From an uncultured bacterium (GTDB lineage Bacteria > Patescibacteriota > Doudnabacteria > UBA920), in contig CAVVMJ010000010.1 of assembly GCA_963749445.1 (NCBI GenBank), positions 117,738 through 181,737 of the forward strand: 64,000 nucleotides of DNA, read 5' to 3'. The translations under genes and the position numbers were made by a program. Shown piece after piece: positions 1 to 8,955 of the stretch. Under the pieces are notes generated by a model. It worked only from the letters and a program-made list of their open reading frames with translations, had not been told where the DNA came from and did no database searches. Each line of letters opens with the position of its first letter. The stretch's first letter is position 1.

Positions 1-1130
1 AAGGAGCCGGCGCAGGACAGCAGATAATATTTCCACATCCGGTAAAAAACCTCGCTATAATCCTTATTCAGTTCCGGCCACGCGGCCTCAAAATTCCCAA
101 ACCAGGCCATTAAGGTTTTGTCGTAATCCGCGCCAAAATTATGCCAGTCTTCCAAAATGAATAAATTTTCCGAAGCCGCCGCGATTTGCTTGGCCGAAGG
201 CAGCGCGCCATTGGAAAAAATATATTTTTTAACCCAAGGATCAGAGGTCGCGGCCGGACTGGAACTGTTGGAGCCGATGGTATGCAGCAAAAATAATCCG
301 CCATCTTTTAGGCAATTGCGGACAACTTTCATATATGTCCGATGATTTTTTGGGCCCACGTGCTCAACCATCCCCAAAGAAACTATGGCATCGTACTGGC
401 CTTTAAGGTCACGGTAATCCTGCAAATAAAATTCAATGGGCAGGCCTTGGCACATTTGCCTTCCCAACTCCACCTGTAATGACGAAATAGTGATTCCCAC
501 GCAACTAACGCCGTATTTCTCCGCGGCATACTTCATAAAACTGCCCCAGCCGCAGCCAATGTCCAAAACTTTCATACCCGACTTAAGGCCGATTTTGCGG
601 CAGACCAATTCCAGCTTGGCTTCCTGCGCCGCGTCCAAATTTGCCGCGTTTTCCCAAAAACCGCAGGTGTAAGTCATTCGTCTGTCCAACATTTTAGAGT
701 AAAGATTGTTTCCGATGTCGTAGTGCTTAAGCGTAAACGCGGCCTTTTTCTTTTGCAAATTAAAAAAACGGTTCTTAATATAATGAGCCGCCACGGTAAA
801 ATTAATTTTTAATTTATGATTTAAATCCGCGCCCATTAACCTGTGAAAAAACTGGTCAAGCGCCGGACAATCCCACCAGCCTGCCATATAACTTTCCCCC
901 AAACCCAAACTCCCGCGGCTTAAAACCTGCCCATAAAGACGGTCATCGTGCACCATAATATCCCACGGCCTGCCGCCCCCCGGCACAATGTCGGCAAAGG
1001 CCAGCAAATTGGTGATGATTTCCTTTTCTTTTGCATACTTGGACATATCTATGGTAATTTTATCAAGCCGCAACAAAAATGGCAAAAACGGCCGTTCTTT
1101 ACTTTTTCCCAAATTTATTTTATAATACAT
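1..1130 (-). CDS. cfa: cyclopropane-fatty-acyl-phospholipid synthase, 3' end runs off the window
   Basis: The minus-strand translation from the ATG at 1130 reads MYYKINLG...VLDIGCGWG (SAM-binding motif)...EDWHNFGADY...YYLLSCAGS and is collinear with E. coli Cfa. It is absent from the ORF track because it is not closed inside the window. Confidence 0.85.
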   Translation of the reverse strand, partial: MYYKINLGKSKERPFLPFLLRLDKITIDMSKYAKEKEIITNLLAFADIVPGGGRPWDIMVHDDRLYGQVLSRGSLGLGESYMAGWWDCPALDQFFHRLMGADLNHKLKINFTVAAHYIKNRFFNLQKKKAAFTLKHYDIGNNLYSKMLDRRMTYTCGFWENAANLDAAQEAKLELVCRKIGLKSGMKVLDIGCGWGSFMKYAAEKYGVSCVGITISSLQVELGRQMCQGLPIEFYLQDYRDLKGQYDAIVSLGMVEHVGPKNHRTYMKVVRNCLKDGGLFLLHTIGSNSSSPAATSDPWVKKYIFSNGALPSAKQIAAASENLFILEDWHNFGADYDKTLMAWFGNFEAAWPELNKDYSEVFYRMWKYYLLSCAGS

Positions 1131-1145
1131 TTTAGTTGTCTTATC

Positions 1146-1221
1146 TTGGGGCGTAGCCAAGTGGTAAGGCAGGGGCCTTTGGAGCCCCCATTCGAAGGTC
1201 CGAATCCTTCCGCCCCAGCCA
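1146..1221 (+). tRNA. tRNA-Gln (anticodon TTG), CCA encoded
   Basis: Cloverleaf: acceptor stem TGGGGCG/CGCCCCA (U1:A72), D-arm GCC...GGC, anticodon stem GGGGC/GCCCC with loop CTTTGGA, T-arm GAAGG-TCCGAAT-CCTTC, then G-CCA. Confidence 0.8.
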
Positions 1222-1230
1222 TCAACCTTC

Positions 1231-1265
1231 ATCAAAAAAGCACAGGCGCCTGTGCTTTTTGTTTT
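1231..1265 (+). terminator. rho-independent terminator after the tRNA
   Basis: Hairpin GCACAGGCGCCTGTGC followed by a T-run. Confidence 0.6.
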
Positions 1266-1320
1266 GGCCGATTAATTTGTCTTAAACATCAAACCATTAA
1301 AAATCACACAGCTATTTCTT

Positions 1321-2527
1321 TTATTGGCTTGGCGCGACGTAGAGGTAGGCGGTGCCGGAATTTGAGTAGCCTTTGGTATTGGTAGCCGTGACTTTGACAA
1401 TAAAGCTGTCAGAATATTTATAGGTATGAGTGGCGGAATCAATTGCGGCTATGGTGTCGGCGGAACCGTCACCCCAGGAAATGGTATAGGTTAAAGGTAA
1501 ATTTTGCGGATCGCTTGCGCTGGCCGTAACGGTCACGCTGGTTCCGACTGTCGCGCCGGCAGGCAAAGAAATCGCCGGCGCGGAAAAGCTTGATGTTTGG
1601 AGGCAAAATGACCGTCACCGTGGCCGAACTTGAAGTCGCGTTCCTTTGGCTGTCGGTAACCGTGACGCCCAAAGTGTAAGTACCGGCGGCATAATAAGTA
1701 TGCACCACGGAATTGGCCGTGACCGAATCGGATGGCGAGCCGTCGCTCCAGAAATAAGTGTAAACCAAAGGTAAATTCGGGTCTCCGGAAATGGCGCCAA
1801 ACGTGGCCGTGGTGCTGGCGTAAACGTTGGTCGGCAGGAAAATTTGCGGCGCATAAGAAATAACCGTAGTCGTGGAAGTCGTGGCGGCGGATGAGCCGGC
1901 GGAACCGGAACCCGAATTCGTGGAATTATTTTGGGAACCCGCCCCGCCGAATTGCAAGGTTGGTTGGCCTATGACCCGCGGGTCGTCATTAGTTAAAGTG
2001 CCCAAAGACCCGCTGGCTTTTAACACGGCAAGATCATACTTGTTGGCTTTAATCACTAAATTCCACTTGCCGCCATTAGACAAAAATATGTCCGCGCTAG
2101 GCACACCGATAAGGCCGACCTGGGCGGCATAATAAATTACTCCTTTGTTACTTAACCAACTGCCCCAGGGATGGGCAATGCTCGCGCTATTAATCACGTA
2201 AGTCTGTGCCAAGCCGTAATCGCTTAAGTCGCCCGCAATCACATTGCGCAAAGAATAACCCAAACCCGTAAAAGCCTTATAATTGGCAAAAGGAATTTTA
2301 GTGGTGCCGCTGATAAAATAAATCGTGCTGCCGTCTTTAACCAAACTGGCGTTGGGATACGGATAAAGGTTGGAGGTGGAATCACCCAAAACCTTAGGCT
2401 GGTTTAAAATGTCGGGAAAAGTGAGGGCGGAGGCAAAATGCGGCTCCGCGGCTACTGCCACAACGGCGCAAACCGCCAGAGGAATCAAAGTCCTGGCGCT
2501 TTTGGAAATTTTAAGACGATGATACAT
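1321..2527 (-). CDS. secreted protein with two PKD-like domains and an N-terminal domain shared with the 4030..6621 protein; reading frame broken near 1590-1610
   Basis: Signal peptide after MYHRLKISKS. WSDGS and WGDGS PKD motifs. Two overlapping ORFs (1469..2662 and 1321..1566) join at ...ATVTVILPPNIK / SFSAPAISLPAGATVG by a 1-nt shift. Confidence 0.6.
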
Positions 2528-2724
2528 AATTGTTAAATTAGTTTTTATTTCAAAACCGATTCTTAATCTAGCTATATTAATTATAGCAAATAAACGACTG
2601 CCGGTGTAGCGATTTAAAATCCTCCGTAAACATAAATTATTCTGATCAATCAAAAAAAGCACAGCCGCAAGGAAGTGCTTTTTTTGCTTTATTGACTTTG
2701 TTTGTGCAAAATTTTACGCTAGAA

Positions 2725-3201
2725 TTACTTTATACCGGCCTGAGTCAAGGTGTGATAACCAGCGCTAAGGCTGCCGGTCGTTCCGCCGAGACAGAAACTA
2801 ATCGCGTAACCGTTGGTGAGGGGCCCGGTTGATCCCAAATACTGATAATCGTTGGATCCCGGAGAAGTGCAGACGGGGTTGGTACCATCGGCCGGAGTTG
2901 GGGCCACCGGCATTGTGCCGATATATTTAGGTGTCAGTCCCTGACCGGTCGCAAAATTGCTGTCGCTTAATATCTTCGAACCGGCATGAGCGGCGTCAGA
3001 GGCAGTCGGATAGCTATTGGCGTCATTAAAAAACAACTCCATAGCACTAGCCAGCTGGCGGACATCGGCAATCCTTTTGGCGTCCCTGGCCTTGGCTCGA
3101 GCCGAGTTAAGGGCAAGGAGGACCACGGAAGCCAACAAACCGATGATGGCGATAACGACCAACAATTCAATTAAAGTAAAACCTTTATTTTTGTTTCGCA
3201 T
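2725..3201 (-). CDS. type IV pilin / pseudopilin (prepilin N-methylation motif)
   Basis: MRNKNKGFTLIELLVVIAIIGLLA: the class III signal G/FTLIEL followed by a hydrophobic helix. Confidence 0.85.
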   Translation of the reverse strand: MRNKNKGFTLIELLVVIAIIGLLASVVLLALNSARAKARDAKRIADVRQLASAMELFFNDANSYPTASDAAHAGSKILSDSNFATGQGLTPKYIGTMPVAPTPADGTNPVCTSPGSNDYQYLGSTGPLTNGYAISFCLGGTTGSLSAGYHTLTQAGIK

Positions 3202-3696
3202 TGTTTTTTCCCTTAAATACAGGACTTACGTACTGGTTAAATCAATTTTAAATAAGGGATAAATTGGCATCATCGAGTAGAAAATCGAGTAGAAAGTACC
3301 ATATAAGATGCTTGATGATGGATTACAGAAAACCTTGATTCTATTAGCTTTTCTGAAAAATCAAAATCTGACCTTCATCGGTACTTTTGTTAGTCGACTG
3401 CCATATTAACGCTTATTTTAGGCTGAATTTGCCTCTGCGTAAGTCCTATTAAATATTAATAAAGAGTGCAAAAAATATTTACGTCAAAAAAAACTTTTTA
3501 CAAAGCTTTAATTTAACAAGCTCGCTTATGTTTTTAATTATAAGGGAAAATGAGATTCAAAGCAAACAACTTATGCACAACCTTATTTTTTTAAACTATA
3601 AATTTTGATTTTGTCAAAGACTGCCGGGCAAAAAGACTCCCGACTTCATCAACATCCTTGGCCTCAAGGCTGCGGGCAGTCAAGAGGCTTTGTCAG

Positions 3697-3995
3697 GCAA
3701 ACAACCCAAAAATTAATGGATATCTTCGTGGTTATTCAAACCGCAGCTGACATTTATCGCTATCCGATAATTATCAGCTGGAGGTTGATGAAAGTTCCCC
3801 GCAGCAGAGCTGCGAGGTATCGACTGCATACTGGTTCCATTCCGAGCGAGTCCCAAATAGCAGCTGAGGACGAGTCGAGGAATCTGTTACTAATTTAACA
3901 GACCCCTCCGCTCCTCCTCGGATGCACTCGTCGTCGGTCGGGGTGGAGCACCCCGGAGCCCAAATTTTCGAGGAAATCTATTTGATTATACCTCG
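3697..3995. repeat. GC-rich modular repeat (family shared with 55540-55800 and the dinB insert 25330-25500)
   Basis: About 80 percent identity to 55575-55700 over the core ttccattccgagcgagt...gcagctgaggacgag.cgaggaatct...ccctccgctcctcctcg...tcgtcggtcggg...cgaggaaat. Confidence 0.7.
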
Positions 3996-4029
3996 AAGAT
4001 TCCCATCAAGGCTTTTAAGTTCTATTTAA

Positions 4030-6621
4030 TTACTTCATCCGTGAATCATTCGCGGTCATCAGCGGCAGTTTCGGCAAAGCCAAATCGTAACTATTGGCCT
4101 TAACGATAAAACCCGCCTGGCCGCCGTTGTTTAAAAACGTATTCCAATCCGCAATCGGAATTAAGCCGTCCGGCGTTAAAAAATAAACCGTCTTGCCGCT
4201 AAGCAGCCAGCTGCCGCGCGGGTGCGCGCCGCCGGCCGTGACCACCACCTTGCCTGAAGCCGCCAAACCGGAATTGCTTACCGCGGTCACATTATTAAAG
4301 CTAAAACCGAGGCCCAAGAATGCCGGGGCGTTGGAAAACGGGGTCTTGGTATTTTTATAAACGATGGAGATGGTGCCGGCTTCGTTAATCAGCTGGCCGT
4401 TGGCATAAGTAGGGTTGTTTGGCTGCGCAGCTTGCGTGGTAACTGAAATGCTAAGATTGGCGGTGGCCGTGGCGTTATTGCTGGAAACCGTCACGATAAA
4501 ATTGCCTGTGCCCGATGAAGCGCTCGGCGTCCCCGAAATCAATCCGGCGGATGACAGTGCCAAGCCCGTAGGCAGGGAGCCCGAAGTGACAGCATAAATA
4601 TAACTGCCGCTGCCGCCCGTGGCCTGGAGCTGATAACTATAAGACTGATCAAAGACGGCGGCCGGCAGACTCGTAGTCATAAAAGCCAACTGATTTGCGC
4701 CGCCGCTACTGACCGTGACGCTCAAACTGCCGCAGTTTGAACCGCCGGTCTGACAAATGGAGACCGCGCTGTTCCCTACAGCCACGCCGGTCAAATTAAG
4801 CTGTGACCCGCTTAAATTCAAAGTTATGGCGCTGGGATTGGAAATAGTGGAAAGATAATAATTGCCGCTGCCCCCGCTGATGGTGATGCTCTGGCTCTGG
4901 CCAACGGCCAAAACCGGACTGTTGTTGCTAAAACTAACCGCCCCCGTGCTGCCGGAAGCGCCGGCCACGGTTATGGCCATCACCCCGCAAACGGAAGTGT
5001 TATCGCTTTGGCAAACCGTGACGCTGGAGGTTCCGGCATTAAGCCCGGTCACATACAGGGAATTTGACTGCAGCGAGACCGCGGCCGTGGAAGGATTGGT
5101 GTTGCTGGAAATATAATACTTGCCATCACCGCCGGTTATGGCAACTGTCTGGCTCTGGTTTAAGGCGACGTTAACGTTGCTCGGGTTAAAAGTCAGTCCC
5201 CCGCCGGCGCCGTTAACCGTCACGTAAAGTGTGCCGCAAATGGTGCTGGAAGTCTGGCAAACCGTAATCGCGCTGCTGCCGATATTCTGCCCGACCAAAT
5301 AAAGCGAGCTGCCGCTTAAGCTCAAACTGACGATGCTGGCGCTGGTATTGTTGGAAATCGAATAAGTATTGACGCCGTTGGTGGAATAAATGGCAATGCT
5401 CTGGCTTTGGCCCACGGTCATTACCGGGTTGGAAGCGCTAAAACTAATCCCGCCGCTGTTGTTTCCGCTGCCGCTGGAGCCGACCTGCACGTACAAATAA
5501 ACGCAGCCATTGGTACTGCCGCCGGCTTGGCAAATGGTCAACGTGCTTGAGCCGGCCGCGATGGCGTAAACCGTGACACTCTGGCTGGTCTGGCTGCTGA
5601 TGTTGCTCACGCTGGCCGAGACTACGGAGGAATTGGAATTGTTAGTGATAGTTAAGGTGCCGGAACTGTTATTAACAGTGGCGGTGCCGGTATTGCCGGA
5701 TGTCAAGGTCAGCGTGTTCGGGCTGACGGTTATTCCGCCCTGCCCGTTGTTGCCCACGGTTACGTTTACCGTGCCGCAGTAGCTGGCACCGGTCTGGCAA
5801 ATGGACAGCGTGGCGTTTCCGGGCACCCCGCCGGAAAAGTAAAGCGTGGAGCCGGAAATGCTCGGGTTCGTAACCACGTTGGAATTGGAATTGCTGGAAA
5901 TATAGTAAGCGGAAGAGTTGCTGTTGCTCGGGCTGTAAATGGTGATGCTGGTGCTTTGGCCGGCGATGACAACCGGGTTTTGGTTGCTGAAATTTAAAGT
6001 AGTGGAACTGCCACCGTTGACGGACACCAAAATGCTGCCGCACTGGCTGGCGGAAACGGTTGAACATACCGTAATAGTGGCGCTGCCGGTAGCCTGTCCG
6101 GTAATAATAATTGAGTCGCCGCTGGCAAAAGCATTGGCTACCGATGAATTGGAATTATTGGTGACGGAAACATTGCCGCCGCTGGACGGGGAAGCGATGA
6201 CCGTCGCGCTGTTGGGGCTGCTGATGGAAACGCTGGTCTGGCTTAGCGTGAGAGTGCCGGAGATACAACCCGAAGCGCAGCTGCCGGGAGGGATCTGGAC
6301 CGTCGGCGATTGCAGCCCGCTGATTATCACGTAAATTAAAACCGGATTGCTGCTCCCGTCAAAATTAATGGTTTGGGTGGAAGTAAAATTGCCGTTTTGG
6401 TCGGTATTGCCCAAACTGCCGCCGCTGGTCGTAAAAGAGGCCGCGCTTTGCCGCTGGTATAAATAAACCGCGCTATTGGCATTGGCGTTACTGATAGTTA
6501 AAGTGACGGAGTTGCCGCTTGCCGAGGCGTATAAACTTGGCGTGCCTGCCAGGGCCACCCCGGCCAGCCCCCAAAATCCCAAACCCATGCTTAAAAAGAA
6601 CACAATCAATTTTTGTTTCAT
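4030..6621 (-). CDS. large repetitive cell-surface protein (signal peptide, about 7 tandem ~85-aa Ig-like repeats each with a conserved Cys pair, C-terminal ~125-aa domain shared with the 1321..2527 protein)
   Basis: MKQKLIVFFLSMGLGFWGLAGVALAG signal peptide. Recurring ...TITVCSTVSASQCGSILVSV / TLSICQTGASYCGTVNVTV / ITVCQTSSTICGTLYVTVN blocks. The C-terminus HPRGSWL...NGG...IVKANSYDLA aligns to the N-terminus of the neighbouring protein. Confidence 0.7.
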   Translation of the reverse strand: MKQKLIVFFLSMGLGFWGLAGVALAGTPSLYASASGNSVTLTISNANANSAVYLYQRQSAASFTTSGGSLGNTDQNGNFTSTQTINFDGSSNPVLIYVIISGLQSPTVQIPPGSCASGCISGTLTLSQTSVSISSPNSATVIASPSSGGNVSVTNNSNSSVANAFASGDSIIITGQATGSATITVCSTVSASQCGSILVSVNGGSSTTLNFSNQNPVVIAGQSTSITIYSPSNSNSSAYYISSNSNSNVVTNPSISGSTLYFSGGVPGNATLSICQTGASYCGTVNVTVGNNGQGGITVSPNTLTLTSGNTGTATVNNSSGTLTITNNSNSSVVSASVSNISSQTSQSVTVYAIAAGSSTLTICQAGGSTNGCVYLYVQVGSSGSGNNSGGISFSASNPVMTVGQSQSIAIYSTNGVNTYSISNNTSASIVSLSLSGSSLYLVGQNIGSSAITVCQTSSTICGTLYVTVNGAGGGLTFNPSNVNVALNQSQTVAITGGDGKYYISSNTNPSTAAVSLQSNSLYVTGLNAGTSSVTVCQSDNTSVCGVMAITVAGASGSTGAVSFSNNSPVLAVGQSQSITISGGSGNYYLSTISNPSAITLNLSGSQLNLTGVAVGNSAVSICQTGGSNCGSLSVTVSSGGANQLAFMTTSLPAAVFDQSYSYQLQATGGSGSYIYAVTSGSLPTGLALSSAGLISGTPSASSGTGNFIVTVSSNNATATANLSISVTTQAAQPNNPTYANGQLINEAGTISIVYKNTKTPFSNAPAFLGLGFSFNNVTAVSNSGLAASGKVVVTAGGAHPRGSWLLSGKTVYFLTPDGLIPIADWNTFLNNGGQAGFIVKANSYDLALPKLPLMTANDSRMK

Positions 6622-6961
6622 AAATAAGAGTTAATTTTAATTGATTCCACCCATCAAATCGGACGGAGCTTTACTATTATTATACTATTTTACGCCCAAA
6701 ACCGCAACTTTGGCTCAATTATTTTCATAAACAAAAAAACATAACCGCGGAGCGCTTTTTTGAGTTGCCGATGATTACCACTTTGCTTTATTCACTCGTG
6801 AATAAAGCAAACCTATTCTACTGCGCACTACGCGATGCGCGGCGCGGCGGATGCCGGTTTTTACCTCTAACCGCATTATTTCCGCATCATCTGTAAACTA
6901 TATCTGTTGCGTTTGCGCGTACGTACGCGTATATTAAACAAATCTTTTGTTACATTTTAAT

Positions 6962-8296
6962 TTATTGCCCCAAAGCGGCAATATCGGATTCGTATTGTTG
7001 AGTTTGCGCGATTACATTATCGCCGTAAAAACGGTAGGCGACGTTGGTGCCGCCGGAAAAATAGCGCATGGCCGCGTTCCATTCCCCCTGTTGGGTATTG
7101 TCCGCGCCGTTAGCTCTTAACTTGATGCCCGCGGCCAAAAACGCGTCGCGGATGTCCCACGGGTTGGCGGTTTTGCCGGTAACGGATGACACCTGGTCTT
7201 TATAACCCATCCAAGTGGAGGGAATAAACTGCGCCGGACCCATGGCCCCGCCCCAGCCGACCTGTTTGCCTTTGCTGTTTTTCATCGGGCAGGAAACCGG
7301 CGTCACGTCCGGGTCCAGACCAAGGTCGGAAGTAATCTGCAAAAACGGCTGGATGTCGCGATTCGGTTTCATCACCACTTTATAACTTTTTTCCGGCGGA
7401 TCCCCGGGACGATTGCAGGTGCCCACGTTTTTGCCCAAATTGGATTCCTGCGTTAAAATCGCCAAAAGGAAAGCCGGTTCCACGCCGGTCTGGGTGGAAA
7501 CAAACTGCGCGATTTTTAAGGCGTTGCCAAAAGTAATTTGAGTGGTAATGCCAAGCAAATCGTAAATCCGGTTTTGGATTTCCGCGGCCCTCCGCTTGGT
7601 ATCGTTTAAGGTAATCTGGTAATCGGACTCTTTACCTTTGGTTTGCTGCAGCAAATCGTTTTGCTGGCCCACGGTATCGCCGAGCTGCTTCTCCTGCAAA
7701 GCCTGGATGGACAGATAATTTTGCGCGTCGCTTTGCTGCTGGGTAAAATCCTGCTCCTGCTGCTGGAGCTGGGTTTTGGTATCCCGGGCCTGGATAAGCA
7801 AAGCTTTTAGATTATCGGATACGGACGCGTAATCCTGGACTTGGGTCAAAATATCCGACAAGCTGCCCTGCTCTACCACGGTATACAAAAACGGTTGGCT
7901 GTCCTGCTCGTTGATGGCGCGCACGGCACCGCCGATTTGCTGCTCCAAAAGTTCGGACTTCAACTGGTTGGCCTGGATGCCCAGCTGGGTATCGGAAATT
8001 TTTTGCGTTAAATCGGCAATTTTTAAATTACTGGCCTGGATTTGCAGCTGCAAACTGGCCTGCTGTTTTTTCAGGCTGTTAAGTTTGTTCTGTAAAGTAT
8101 TTTTTTCGCCCTGGATAACGCTCAGCTGCTGCTGGAACTGATCGATTTCCTGCTGGATGGCCTGCAGCTGCTGCTGAAGCTGCGCCTGGGTGGCCGCGGT
8201 ACTGGAAGCCTCGTCCGCGCGGATAATAACCGGGGCGAATAAAAAAATGCTGATGGATAACAGGACTATTAATTTGGAAGTTGTATTACTGGGCAT
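6962..8296 (-). CDS. secreted coiled-coil protein with C-terminal SLT/MltB-like lytic transglycosylase domain
   Basis: Signal peptide, a Q/L-rich heptad region, then LAILTQESNLG (catalytic Glu-Ser) and GAMGPAQFIPSTW motifs. Confidence 0.7.
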   Translation of the reverse strand: MPSNTTSKLIVLLSISIFLFAPVIIRADEASSTAATQAQLQQQLQAIQQEIDQFQQQLSVIQGEKNTLQNKLNSLKKQQASLQLQIQASNLKIADLTQKISDTQLGIQANQLKSELLEQQIGGAVRAINEQDSQPFLYTVVEQGSLSDILTQVQDYASVSDNLKALLIQARDTKTQLQQQEQDFTQQQSDAQNYLSIQALQEKQLGDTVGQQNDLLQQTKGKESDYQITLNDTKRRAAEIQNRIYDLLGITTQITFGNALKIAQFVSTQTGVEPAFLLAILTQESNLGKNVGTCNRPGDPPEKSYKVVMKPNRDIQPFLQITSDLGLDPDVTPVSCPMKNSKGKQVGWGGAMGPAQFIPSTWMGYKDQVSSVTGKTANPWDIRDAFLAAGIKLRANGADNTQQGEWNAAMRYFSGGTNVAYRFYGDNVIAQTQQYESDIAALGQ

Positions 8297-8338
8297 CTTT
8301 CACATTATACCATTTTTTGCTATGATTTACCTATATAG

Positions 8339-8438
8339 TTGATGGGCATCTTCGCGGTACCACAATCGCTAACCGATGGTTATCGGATAGCGATAAATCC
8401 AGATCAAGAGGTTAAATAACCACGAAGAGGCCCATTAA
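8339..8438. mobile_element. MITE family 1 copy (TIR TTGATGGGCATCTTCG ... CGAAGAGGCCCATTAA)
   Basis: Terminal inverted repeat plus a shared internal core ccgatgg.tatcggata; about 100 bp; one of 5 copies. Confidence 0.75.
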
Positions 8439-8462
8439 GACAATTAAACCAGCGAAACAAAT

Positions 8463-8834
8463 ATGGCTGACAAATTGGAGCAGGAAGTAAGCGAATACGC
8501 CAAGCTGGCCAAAGAAAATTCCAATATTGACGTGGCCAGTCTGATGCTGCACGCCCTCAATGAAAAATCCAACAAAGTTTCCTCCAAAATGAAATGGTGG
8601 GTCTACATGTTATCGGTTGGCCTCCCGATGGTCGGTTTCTTATTTGCCGCGTATTATTACTTTTTTAGCGACAAAGATGACGCCCAGCAAGTCGCCAATA
8701 TTTGTATCTTTCTTTCCATCCTCTGCGTGGGCATATTTTGGATAACCGGAAAAATCATGTTGTCAGGAAGCGGCACCAGTTTGAACCAGATAGAACAAAT
8801 CACGCCGCAGGAAATACACGACACCATTCAGTAG
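8463..8834 (+). CDS. small membrane protein, hypothetical
   Basis: ORF with two hydrophobic helices; no recognisable family. Confidence 0.5.
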   Translation: MADKLEQEVSEYAKLAKENSNIDVASLMLHALNEKSNKVSSKMKWWVYMLSVGLPMVGFLFAAYYYFFSDKDDAQQVANICIFLSILCVGIFWITGKIMLSGSGTSLNQIEQITPQEIHDTIQ

Positions 8835-8950
8835 TAATCGCAAATATACAAATTCAAACAAATATACAAATCCGATGTCGGCTGAATTTCCTGTAAGCTA
8901 TAACTCATGGCTATTTGTATATTTGTGTTGATTTGTATATTTGAGAACAC
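8831..8950. repeat. MITE family 3 copy (GTAGTAATCGCAAATATACAAAT ... ATTTGTATATTTGAGAACACTAC)
   Basis: Palindromic AAATATACAAAT words. A second copy lies at 20319-20440 with the same ends. Confidence 0.7.
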
Positions 8951-8955
8951 TACCT

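Noticed and set aside
110-672. Small ORFs 110..304(-), 157..345(+) and 436..672(+)
   Set aside because: All lie inside the cfa coding region in other frames.
948-1385. 145-aa plus-strand ORF
   Set aside because: It overlaps the cfa start, tRNA-Gln and the terminator, so it cannot be coding.
5672-6067. His/Gln-rich 131-aa ORF (and several other ORFs) inside the 4030..6621 gene
   Set aside because: They are alternative-frame read-throughs of a low-complexity repetitive gene. The same applies to 4415..4597, 4862..5116, 5573..5782 and 5939..6334.
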